Shown piece by piece: positions 1 through 11,200 of a stretch of DNA of 64,000 nt. Each line of letters opens with the position of its first letter. The stretch's first letter is position 1. The position numbers and the translations under genes are program-made. The notes under the pieces are model-generated. The model was not told the DNA's origin, did no database searches, and saw only the letters and a program-made list of their open reading frames with translations. This DNA is from Octopus sinensis (taxonomy: Eukaryota), in contig NW_021834784.1 of assembly GCF_006345805.1 (NCBI RefSeq), positions 1 to 64,000 on the forward strand. Reading direction: 5' to 3'.

Positions 1-1034
1 GTGTGTGTGTGTGTGTTTGGTGTGTTGTGTGTGTGTGTGGTGGTGTGCGTGCGCGTGTGAGAGAGAGAGAGAAATACTTCATTCTCAAAACAAACCTCCG
101 CTACCTGAACCTGCGATAAGTAGCCATCCAAATGCTTGCACAAAATCATTATATACTTCCTCAAAGAAACAAATTCTTTTTCTGAAAAACCATTGCATCT
201 GACTGTATTCTAATGCATTCAAACTGCGCCATAGCCAACATATAAACTCCTTCAGAAATATTAAGAGAATTTTGTTTAGAAGAATTTAAAACCACATATT
301 CACTCTGACAATCTTCATTCCTTTAATTTGTATCTTATTGACAGAGCTATATATCATACAACCTAGCCTAAATACATTAAAAAGAAAAACACTCAGCTCA
401 AACAGCATTTTTTTTTAAAGAGGAGTACCATCTTCTGTGCTCTCGGCATCGAGAACTTTAACACCGAGTTGATCTCTTTTTGCATCACACAAGAAAACTG
501 AGCGACAACTTCATACCTCATCTAACCATCACATCGATTTTTGTTTAACCTTATCACCATTCATCTAAACATAGATTGTCAGTTACAATAACTCCACAAT
601 TACAAACTTCTATCCATCTTCTCTGCCCACACTGGCTCGGGAATGAAATTTGCTCAGGGAGTGCAAACACAGGCCCAAAGTTTTTTTTCTATACAAGGTT
701 TTATTGTTTTATTTTCTTTATGTTCTTTATTCTTTGAGAAGAAACCTAACTCCAAGCTACTATTTACAAATCACATTTTAAAGCAGTTTTCTAAACCCGA
801 GAAAAATAAGTAGGGTTCAGATTTTGATTTTGCACAACCACAAAAGTTTAGGAGGTGCGCTTGAAGCCCTGCACCCCCTGTTTCCTGACCTATGTCTGTC
901 CTCTATGGTTGTAGGAAGAGAGACCGTACGTACCCCCGATATAGGGTTCAATATACATGTATATTTCATGCTGGTGTTCCAGCATGACCGCAACCGAATG
1001 GCTGAAACGACTAAAAGAAGATATATATATATAT

Positions 1035-1116
1035 ATCGGAAATACTAAATTTCTAAATCTCTCGTCACGTTCGATACATGTCTCTACGAGAGATTTAGAA
1101 ATTTAGTATTTCTGAT
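1035..1116. repeat. 31-bp inverted repeat, 20-nt loop
   Basis: ATCGGAAATACTAAATTTCTAAATCTCTCGT / ACGAGAGATTTAGAAATTTAGTATTTCTGAT. Confidence 0.9.
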
Positions 1117-1194
1117 TTTGATAATTAGTGAATAGACTTCACTGAAATTTAGATATATACATTACGAGTCGAGGCAAATATCATCAGCTGACCG

Positions 1195-1420
1195 GTGTCT
1201 GCTAGTCTAGGCCGACGAAGGACAATCATCCTGAAACACGTGTCCCTAGATGCAGCCCGAGCGGCTGGGGGTATTTTTCTCCCCTTCGTAAATGTATATA
1301 AGGACACAGGAAAAATGTGTCAAAGCCATCAGGAGGCGTCGATGCTTCCTAGGGCTAAACAGCGGTGGTGCACCCCCTACTGTCACGTTCGTGTTAGATT
1401 GACAGTATACACCCATTCGA
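1195..1420 (+). mobile_element. Hammerhead-bearing repeat, third family
   Basis: Segment 1295-1420 recurs inverted at about 50990-51110 (TCGAATGG.TGTATACTGTCAA...CCACCGCTGTTTAGCCCTAGGAAGCATCGACGC...TTGACACATTT); that copy lacks the ribozyme part. Confidence 0.6.
1206..1250 (+). ncRNA. Type I hammerhead ribozyme-like motif, palindromic helix III
   Basis: TCTAGG-CCGACGA-AGGA caatca TCCT-GAAA-CACGTG-TC-CCTAGA: helix I 6 bp, core CCGACGA (U4C variant), helix II 4 bp, helix III CACGTG, UC cleavage site. Confidence 0.75.
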
Positions 1421-1429
1421 TATATATAT

Positions 1430-1430
1430 A

Positions 1431-1470
<40 letters not shown>

Positions 1471-1556
1471 TGTATATATATATAGATATGGAGAGAGGGA
1501 GAGAGAGAGGAGAAAAAGGACACAGGCAGAGAGAAAGATAGATAGATAGATTGATG

Positions 1557-1618
<62 letters not shown>

Positions 1619-1704
1619 TAGATAGATATGTAGATAGATATGTAGATAGATAGATAGATAGATAGATGATAGATAGATAGATAGATAGATAGATGATAGA
1701 GCAG

Positions 1705-1753
<49 letters not shown>

Positions 1754-1796
1754 TAGATAGATAGATAGATAGGTAGATAGATAGATAGATAGATAG

Positions 1797-1845
<49 letters not shown>
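1430..1845. repeat. (TA)n, (GA)n, (GATA)n compound microsatellite
   Basis: Direct reading; other (GATA)n tracts at 2262, 16490, 26155, 36530, 45145, 45797, 47830 and 55443. Confidence 0.95.
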
Positions 1846-2260
1846 TGTAAGCATGTGTATGTGATTATGCATAGAAATGAGTAAAAGACAAAAAGCAAGA
1901 ATGCAGACGCATGCGTATATTTTCCTTTTATTTCCCATGTGTTTTGCAAATCTTTCAATTCGTTTTATTTTCAGACAACTTATATCAATGTTCTGTGGCG
2001 ATTAATTAGTATTTAATTTAATAACAGTTACCTTAGAGCAAACCGTTCCACTAGATTCATGAAGGATTATAGAAACTTCTTCTATGGTGCATAACTTAAC
2101 AACAAATGTCTGTTATTTGAAAATATCTTCTTTCAAATATCCAACACTTCTGACTTTTACTTATCTTTGGAATATAATATATAAGCAAGCACACGTTGAC
2201 ACATACGAAGGCACTCACGCAGGTACACACACACACACACCAACACACACACAAATGTAT

Positions 2261-2364
<104 letters not shown>

Positions 2365-2493
2365 CTATATGTGTGTGTGTGCGCCAGCGTGTACATATTA
2401 GTTAATAGCGATGAAAATATCACTTTGTATGTCATACTTAGAGCAGATATATTGTTGAAAGCTTTTCAAGCAGCGGTATTCGTCTGAAGAAGC

Positions 2494-2723
2494 TGGCGAG
2501 CTGGCAGAAACGTTAGCACGCCGGGCGAAATGCGTAGCCGTATTTCGTCTGCTGCTACGTTCTGAGTTCAAATTCCGCTGAGGTCGACTTTGCCTTTCAT
2601 CCTTTCGGGGTCGATTAAATAAGTACCAGTTACGCACTGGGGTCGATATAATCGACTTAATCCGTTTGTCTGTCTTTGTTTGCCCTCTCTGTGTTTATCC
2701 CCTTGTGGGTAGTAAAGAGATAG
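2494..2723 (+). mobile_element. SINE family A (tRNA-like head, GGTCGACTTTGCCTTTCATCCTTTCGGGGTCGA central domain)
   Basis: More than 12 homologous copies in the window; A-box-like TGGCAGAAACGTTAGC and B-box-like GAGTTCAAATTCC; central domain recalled as Meta/MESC-like (unverified). Confidence 0.85.
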
Positions 2724-3068
2724 GTAGTTCGTCTCGAGAAAGTATCTCCCAAAGACATATAGTGTTAAAAACACAGAAATATATCACTAACACACGAATA
2801 GAGTCCAGCAGGTGCAGAATAATTGCTATGTAGATAGAGAGATAAATAGATAGACAGACAGCCAGACAGAAAGATAGGTAGGTAGGTATGTAGATACGTA
2901 GGTAGGTAGATAGGTAGGTAGGTAGGTAGGTAGATACATCTATGTATATCTAGCTATCTCTCTTTTTATATGTATATATTTGTGTGTGTGTTTGTGTACG
3001 TGAGTGTGTGTTTGTGTACGTGAGTGTGTGTGTGTTTGTGTACGTGAGTGTGTGCGTGTGTGTGTATA

Positions 3069-3286
3069 ATTGTTAAAGAGGACAACAAACGTTGAGGCAA
3101 TACAAACATATCAAGCCATATACATTATTATTATTGGAAAATTTGAAAGTCTTACAGCTGTTTCTGGGATATCGCATACTCTGGGATATCCCAGAAACAG
3201 ATGTAGGACTGAATTTTCCAATTATAATAACGTATATGACTTCAGATGTTTGCCTTACCTTAACGTTTGTTGACCTCTTTAACAAT
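3069..3286. repeat. About 105-bp-arm imperfect fold-back
   Basis: Arms 3069-3173 and 3185-3286; mirror ORFs MLKRTTNV.../MLKRSTNV... in the track. Confidence 0.9.
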
Positions 3287-3435
3287 CATATATCTGCTAT
3301 ATCAGAAATCTGCAACGGATCCATAACTACCGTCTCGGCTATAACCTTGGAGCCCTGGTAATCCATTACAGCACTTACCTAGCGTACCTAATCGTTTAGA
3401 TCACCGGTGAACTAAACTCCCATACTTTGTATATA

Positions 3436-3469
<34 letters not shown>

Positions 3470-3477
<8 letters not shown>

Positions 3478-3680
3478 ATGCATATATACATACATATATG
3501 TACGTTCCTACCTCTACATGTATATATACAGGACACAAAAAAAACGTCGAACACAATGAGAAACGAAAACATAAACACAAAACCAAGGAAATGGACATTT
3601 TTCTTAAACAACGAAATAATAGAGAACAGGACATACAAAACAAGGAAAATTCCCATTCTTCAGTCGCCTTTGTTTCATCT
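3470..3680 (-). repeat. Unclassified interspersed repeat (homologue at about 7560-7770, + strand)
   Basis: Shared TTTCC...TTTTCGTTTCTC.TTG..TTC.ACG...TGTCCTGTA...ATATATACATGTAGA.GTAGG.ACGTACAT. Confidence 0.6.
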
Positions 3681-4144
3681 ACTCCACGTTTCGAAGGTCA
3701 AGGCGATACATGACTTTAATGAAAGAATCCTTCCCGCGAAAATCAAATTAAATAAAATTTGAGTTTTTTTTGCGGAGGAGTAAAAATGGTAACAAAAACA
3801 GGACAGTAACGACAGTACAAAATATAAACAGTAAAAGACAGGACAAGGAGAATAACAGTAACACAAACAAGAAGGGCTATATATATATATATATATATAT
3901 TAGTCTTTTAGCCCAAGGAGTGTGGCCATGCTGGGGACAGCCAGTGTTACTATATTTTTTCAGTGGCCATTCTAATGCTTTTGGGTTTTAGTGGAGAAGG
4001 GTGTCCGACATTGCTGGTCTCTTTTGAGTTTCTTACCGTTGTCTGGGATCTTGAACAGCAGGAGGGTCAGGTATGTATGTATATGTGTGTGTATATATAT
4101 ACACACACAAGCTTCTTACCACAGAGCCACGTCTCTGCCTAAAT

Positions 4145-4219
<75 letters not shown>

Positions 4220-4354
4220 AGAAATACATATGAATATATATAAATATATATATATTATATATGCATGCATATATATATATATGTATACATTCATACATAC
4301 ATGCATGTATATATATATATATATGAAAAGTTAGGTATTGTGTATATACGTCCT

Positions 4355-4385
<31 letters not shown>

Positions 4386-4696
4386 TGTGTGTGTGTGTAC
4401 GTTTGCATTCATCAGAGTCCATTTGTGTTATTCTTTCGCTATCACACTCATACAGACATCAAATCACGCTACACACCACACGCACGCACACACACACACA
4501 CACGCACTGATACATACATACATACATACATACATACATACATACATACATGCGTGGGTACACCATACCCACCACCCTTCCGTCCAAATCTGCTCCCCTA
4601 TTACAATGAACCAAGAATGTTAACTATAACGATGAAAACAATATTTGAATAAAGAGCATTGTTACCTCTTTTAGCGCTGATGTATCTGTTGCTAAC

Positions 4697-4737
<41 letters not shown>

Positions 4738-5569
4738 CGGTGGTGGTGGTGGCGGCGGCGGCGGCGTCCATTGTTGTGCCCACACTGATACGCATCAGTG
4801 GTTTCCTAATAACACACATTAAAAAGTTGCTGTTAAAATTCACCTGATTCTCCGAAATTCTATGATCAAGTGACGCTAGGACAAATTACAGGTTTTCAGC
4901 CCATTTTAAAGGGGATTAGAGCCCTAAACGCCGGAAGTTGTTGCTTCCTTGTCCTTTGTTTCTTTTAACAGGGTGTTTTGTTGTTGCTGCTGTTGTTGTT
5001 ACCTACCGTTGGTGTTGTTGATTCGGTGATTACATGGGACTCAGCGTTAAGGATGAATATTTTGCTAGTTGTTGTTGTTAGTACATACCAAACCTGCACT
5101 GATTTAACTGACCCATGACCTAAGACGTTCCAAGTTTGGCCATCCTGTCTTTTTTGTTACATCGAGGATATTTTTGTTTAATTTTAAGAAGGTAAATGGA
5201 TTTGAGGGAGATGCAGCTGCTACCTCTTGCAAACCGAACTCTAACCTAGATCAGTTCTTCTCAACCATTCTTTACTTTTGGGTCCTTTTGATTCCTGTTT
5301 TACTGGGAAGGACCAATGTTTAAAACTATCAGTGAACTAAGGCAACATCCTTTATTTTTCGAGCACCATCCGGAGTATTCGAGCGGTCCTAAGCAGTGCT
5401 GTTTTCTGCAAGTGCCTCAACCTTATTGGTGCCCCTATTTGTTCCACGTACATCTCGAGATTTTTGCTCACTGTACCCAGGGCTCCGACAGTCATTGATA
5501 CAACTACTACCTTTTTCAGAGACCACAACTAATTAACATCCCAAGCTAACCTGTTACATCTATCGACTA

Positions 5570-6128
5570 TTATTATTATTATTGAATGAGAGAGCAGTGC
5601 ATGTCATCAAAGTGACACTGTGGTAAAATATACGAAGCCCAGTATACCCATCATGACTACCCGTCTGATAAGGGTACACCAGGCACATGCATCACAACCA
5701 TATGTGCGCGATATGGTAATCTCATATCAAGATAAACAGCACATGACCTTGCAGGTGGGGCCCAGTTAGAATTTTCTTCTGGTCCAGTAACCCATCCCGC
5801 TCAAATGGTCCCTGAATAAGAGTTGTTTAAGGATGTTAAACGAAACACCCATGTTTCCAGAGGTGAATTATTCAAACCCCAAAGAATCCCTCTCAACACA
5901 TGGCTACGATGCTCCCCCAAAACTTCTGCTCGTGGTCAGAGATGCACATATCGTCAGCCACTAAGGGACATGCTCAACTGGTTAAGGTCAAACAACTGAC
6001 AAGCAAATCTGTGGTATTGAGCAGAATATTTGCTGTAGCCCATCTTTTATAACAAGACAAAACAATGCATATGATAACACTTCCAATCAGTTAAGATCAG
6101 AAGCCATGAGAGCCACTGTATGGTACTG
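5570..6128 (-). mobile_element. Probable non-LTR retroelement 3' end with (AAT)n tail
   Basis: About 550-bp complex segment ending in a short (AAT)n on the minus strand; recalled as an abundant octopus repeat; single copy here. Confidence 0.4.
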
Positions 6129-6141
6129 CATCAGGGTATAT

Positions 6142-6144
6142 TAC

Positions 6145-6208
<64 letters not shown>

Positions 6209-6221
6209 ATTATTATCATCA

Positions 6222-6260
<39 letters not shown>

Positions 6261-6285
6261 TATTATTATTATATTATTATCATCA

Positions 6286-6316
<31 letters not shown>

Positions 6317-6324
6317 CATCATCA

Positions 6325-6373
<49 letters not shown>

Positions 6374-6527
6374 CGTCGTCGTCATTTTATTATTGGCATT
6401 GTTCCTATCACCATTATTTCTATGAATTTTAACATTTAAATGACAAATATCACAACAGCACCGGCAATTGAACAGCTGCTCGAACGGAGGAAAGAAGAGC
6501 AAGAACAACAAGAATAGCAACAACAAC

Positions 6528-6575
<48 letters not shown>

Positions 6576-6607
6576 TGATAATAATAATAATAATAATAAT
6601 AAAATTG

Positions 6608-6673
<66 letters not shown>

Positions 6674-6690
6674 TAATAATAACAACAACA
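6142..6690. repeat. (ATT)n block and (AAT)n block in opposite orientation
   Basis: (ATT/ATC)n 6142-6375; (AAT)n 6530-6690. Confidence 0.95.
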
Positions 6691-6959
6691 ACAGCTGGTA
6701 GTATTTAGGGTTGAGAAAGGAGCAAGGGATTTAGCGAAACGAAATTAAAGTGCAGTCAGAGTTGTGTCGACAGAATGAGTCGAATTAAGCAGCCAATCAG
6801 ATTAACATCATTAGTTAATTGCTAATAGCGTTGTTCAATAATCTGTATTTTCTAGTTATTCTTTACACTCACGAAAACAAAAACAAAAAGGAACAAAAAC
6901 ACACACTAGCCTGGAGTGGATAACTACGCATGCGTGAAAGTGTTTTAGTAATGTGTGCA

Positions 6960-7326
6960 TATATATATATATATAAACGGCAGTTTGTCTGTGTGTGTTT
7001 CTGTGTGTCGTTAGGTTGTACCCTCACCCTGACCACGCTTTCAACGATTCTGATGAAACTTGACACACACATAGCCCAATGTCATAATTCAAAAGTAACG
7101 CAGCGAAAATTTTGAAAATTTCCCCCGGTTCTGAAAAAATCGTATAAATTCGACATGGGGTCGAGAATCAGAAACACAAACCACCGACTGTCTAGGGACG
7201 CAACTCGACCTTTTTAACTAAAAAAAAAATTTACCATAATTTTTTTTCCATTTTTTGGTTATAACTCTCTAAAATGCTTTATAGTACTTCCCTTACAAAC
7301 CCGAGCAACGCCGGCGATACTGCTAG
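6960..7326 (+). mobile_element. Non-autonomous Helitron, same 3' end with different body
   Basis: Ends CCCTTACAAACCCGAGCAACGCCGGCGATACTGCTAG|T; 5' (TA)n-AAACGGCAGTTTGTCTGT. Confidence 0.75.
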
Positions 7327-7876
7327 TATATATATATATATGCGAGTGTGTGAGAGTGAGATGTTTGTGTGAATGTGTGGATGTGGGTTTTTAAGCATTC
7401 GGTTGTTATAAATAAAAGGGTTCTTTTAAGAAATCATAAATCTTTGAATGCTAAATGAGAAGGGCGACCTTAAACTAACAGTAGAATGAAAAATTAGTAT
7501 AAAATGATATATTTCTTTCAAGTGTTATCACTAGGCCAGTAATCTCGGGGGGAGTTGAACTAGGGACAGCGGATGAAGGGGATTTTTCCCTGTGCAGTTT
7601 GTCTTGTACTCTGTTTTTTTTCGTTTAGGTCCGTTTCCACGTTTGTTTTTACGTTTTCGTTTCTCGTTGAGTTCTACGTGTATTTGTGGTGTCCTGTACT
7701 CACGTATATATATTTATATATGCATGTATATATACATGTAGATGTAGGTACGTACATAAATGTATGTATGTATGCATATATTTTATTTATTACACTATTG
7801 TATGACTGAGCGTCGATTCGATTCGTTTTCGTTTCGTTTCATCTCCTCCAAGTAAGTTTTGTTATATATATATATA

Positions 7877-7974
7877 TACCCTGCTACTCCAGCACAGATT
7901 GTAAACGGGCAGATGAAGAATAATAAATAAATCATCTGTCCGTTTGCAATCTGTGCTGAAGTAGTAGTAAGGTA
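7877..7974. ncRNA. Pre-miRNA-like hairpin
   Basis: About 36-bp stem (3 G-U pairs and 1 mismatch on + strand), 15-nt A-rich loop, bulged basal TACC/GGTA extension. Confidence 0.4.
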
Positions 7975-8037
7975 GTTTTTAGAGCCATTTGGTATCTATA
8001 TCTAGCGTGTTGAAGCGGGTAATACGATCCCTTTAAA

Positions 8038-8250
8038 AGGCGGCGAACTGGAAGGAACGTTAGCATGCCGGGCGAATTAATTAGCAGTATTTCGTCTGTC
8101 TTTACGTTCTGAGTTCAAATTCTGCCGAGGTCGACTTTGCCTTTCATCCTTTCGGGGTCGATAAATTAAGTACCTGTTGCCTACTGGGGTCGATCTAATC
8201 GACTGACCCCCTCTCCCAAAATTTCAGGCCTTGTGCCTAGAGTAGAAAAC
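8038..8250 (+). mobile_element. SINE family A, alternative 3' tail
   Basis: Same head and core; tail CCCCCTCTCCCAAAATTTCAGGCCTTGTGCCTAGAGTAGAAAA. Confidence 0.85.
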
Positions 8251-8371
8251 AATACGATCTATTTAATATAATTATGTATATAGTTATAAATTTAGTATAT
8301 AATATTACCTATAAGATTTTTATTTCACGCTGACAACTTGATAATATCATTAAAGTGATTTTATTCCTAAT

Positions 8372-8600
8372 TCTTTTTTTTATTGCTCACAAGGGGTTAA
8401 ACATAGAGGGGACAAACAAAGACAGACAAAGGGATCAAATCGATTAGATCGACACCAGTACGTAACTGGTAATTAGTTGACCGACCCGAAAGGATGAAAC
8501 GCAAAGTCGACCTCGGCGGAATTTGAGCTCAGAACGTAGCAGCAGACGAAATACCGCTAAGCATATCGCCCGGCGTGCTAACGTTTCTGCCAGCTTGCCA
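8372..8600 (-). mobile_element. SINE family A
   Basis: Reverse complement of the 2494 copy; tail-to-tail with the 8038 copy. Confidence 0.85.
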
Positions 8601-8633
8601 CTGATTTTATTCTTAATTCTATAAAGAATAAAA

Positions 8634-8717
<84 letters not shown>

Positions 8718-9568
8718 ATAAGATTCAAGGATCGACGTGTACGAAGAAAGTTAGCTTCAAGAAATCCGTAGTCAATATTAAAAAAAAATCATCTTTCAGA
8801 GACAATTGTGGTTTATTAAGACGGAAGTTTGTGGATCTTTTTTTACATTTCACGAAAGGCGGCCGGGATTGACTGGTGTGCGAATAAGGAATACAAAGAG
8901 TTAAGGAATGGATTAGATAAGATCCGGGTTACATATGTTTTATAGCGAGCGGAACCTCAGAAGTGGTAAATATCCAAGCGTGGTGTATACCGTAGAATAC
9001 TTTTCAGGCCAAAGCTATCTTGTTTTAGCCCGGATCTCATCTACTCCATTCCTTAACTTTTGCATATATGTGTATATATGAATGTGTGTGTGTGTGGGGG
9101 GGGTGTACATATATATATATTTCTTTTATTCTTTTCTTTTATTTTTTTACTTGTTTCAGTCATTTGACTGTGGCCATGCTGAAGCACCGTCTTTAGTTGA
9201 GAAAATCGATCCTAGGATTTATTCTTTGTAAGCCTACTACTTATTCTATCGGTCTCTTTTGCCGAACCGTTGTCAAGCGATGGTGTGGTGAACAAACACA
9301 GATACACGAATACATACACACACACACACACACACACATACGCACACACACGCATATATATATACATATACATATATATACATCTACATATATATACATA
9401 TATATATTGGAAGGTTTGGAGATGATGTACAGGTATTATATATTAGAAAAAATGAGGTAATCAGATCGGATGGTTCATATTTGTAGATATTTATTTATAT
9501 ATTACATTTTTTACATATATATCATATCATTCAGATCATATCATTCGGATTGTTAGCGCTTTCTCCCA

Positions 9569-9611
9569 ATCTAGTGGGGTTTTCAAATTTGATTTGAAAA
9601 CCCCACTAGAT
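9569..9611. repeat. Perfect 20-bp inverted repeat, 3-nt loop
   Basis: ATCTAGTGGGGTTTTCAAAT-TTG-ATTTGAAAACCCCACTAGAT. Confidence 0.9.
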
Positions 9612-10079
9612 GTATATATATACACACATATATATATATATATATACGACGGGCTTCTAGTTTCAGTCTACCAAATCTACTCTATATAAGATTGTGGTTT
9701 CGATTCCTGGACCGGGCGATGCGTTGTATCTCTGAGAGCAAAACACTTCAATACACGTTGCTGCACTCCTCTCAGACGGAAAGACCGAATAATCCTGCGA
9801 TAGACCGCCGTCTCGTCCAGCGGGGAATATGTGCGCTAGAGAAACCGGGAGGGCGGCCTAACGCTCCTTAGGCAGTAATGTGGCCCAACAACATTACTAC
9901 TCGTTCTTATCGTCTGAGTGGAGTGGAAGAACGTGAAATGAAGTGTTTTGCTCAAAGATACAGCACATCGCCCGGTCCATGAAACGAAACCACTATCTTA
10001 CGGTCATGAGTCTAATACGCCAGTCACTAAGCCATGCGCATCCACACACAGACACACACATACACACACACACACATAT

Positions 10080-10195
10080 ATCTATTATATAAAATCAGTT
10101 CTGTCTGTCTGTGTGTGTGTGTGTGTGTGTGTGTCTTCTAGGATCTCGGGCATCCTCCATCCGATTGCGCTGAAATTTGATATGTAGATACCGGG
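10080..10195 (+). mobile_element. Helitron-like 5' fragment
   Basis: TCTATTATATAAAATCAGTTCTGTCTGTCTGT(GT)n...CCGATTGCGCTGAAATTTG, a typical Helitron/Helentron-type 5' layout. Confidence 0.45.
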
Positions 10196-10424
10196 AGAAT
10201 ACTGTGCGCACAGCCCTTTCTAAGATCTCTGAGACTCAAGAGAGGAAAAAAAAGCGGTTATCCTGAAACCGAATACTTCCGACAGAGCAGACACTGTTAA
10301 AGGCAAGCAAGGATCAGGCGGCGGCGTTAAACCGAACGACGAAGTTTGGTATTTGTCCATGACCAAAAGGGTTCCCAATACCTCATTTTACCGGTTCATT
10401 GTGGCATCATGATCGTCATCGGAA

Positions 10425-10425
10425 T

Positions 10426-10463
<38 letters not shown>

Positions 10464-10982
10464 ATAGTAGTATAGTAGTAGTAGTAGGTAGTAGTAGTAG
10501 TAGTAGTAGGAGGAGGAGGAGGAGGAGGAGGAGGAGGAGGAGGAGGGGGAAGGAGGGGGAGGGGAGGGGAGGGGAGGGGAGGGGAGGGGAGGGGGATGTG
10601 GAGGGGAGGAGGGGAGACAGAGGAGAGGGAGGGGTGAGGAGGAGAGGAGGAGGAGGAGGAGGAGGGGAGGAGGAGGAGGAGAGGGGAGGAGGGGAGACAG
10701 AGGAGAGGGAGGGGTGAGGAGGAGAGGAGGAATGTAGGGAGGGTAGGGGAGAGGAGAGGGAGGTGGATGGGAGGAGAGGGGAAAAGGAGGAGGAAGAGAG
10801 GGAAAGGGGAGGAGGAAGGAGAAGGGGGTAAAGAGGAAGAGAAAGAGGAGTGGTGGTTGTGAAGGTGATATTTCTAGTTAGATTAGCTGTAGAAATAGTG
10901 ACCGTTGTGGTGGTAGTAGTGCTGTTCTTGGCAGTAGCGGTGGCGGTGGCGATGACGCTGGTGGTATCCGCAGCAGCAGCAA

Positions 10983-11014
<32 letters not shown>

Positions 11015-11086
11015 ATAGTAGTAATAGTAGTAATAGTAGTAGTAGTAGTAGTGGTAGTAGTAGTAGTAGTAGTATTAGTAGTAGTG

Positions 11087-11120
<34 letters not shown>

Positions 11121-11158
11121 TAGTAATAGTAGTAGTAGTAGTAGCAGCAGCAGCAGCA

Positions 11159-11200
<42 letters not shown>
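10425..11200 (+). repeat. (AGT)n, (AGG)n, (GAGGG)n, (AGC)n compound low-complexity tract
   Basis: Direct reading; near-pure purine run 10508-10848. Confidence 0.95.

Noticed and set aside
3655-3730. CGAAACGT and CTGAAGA on the minus strand as a hammerhead
   Set aside because: Boxes are in the wrong order for type I and helix II cannot be closed for type II; at best a heavily decayed remnant.
3975-4070. Minus-strand KRDQQCRTPFSTK resembling a homeodomain N-terminal arm
   Set aside because: Stop five codons later, no acceptor, no other homeodomain residues.
5990-6128. snRNA- or 5S-like head of the 5570-6128 repeat
   Set aside because: Only short chance similarity; U2 and 5S landmark sequences are absent.
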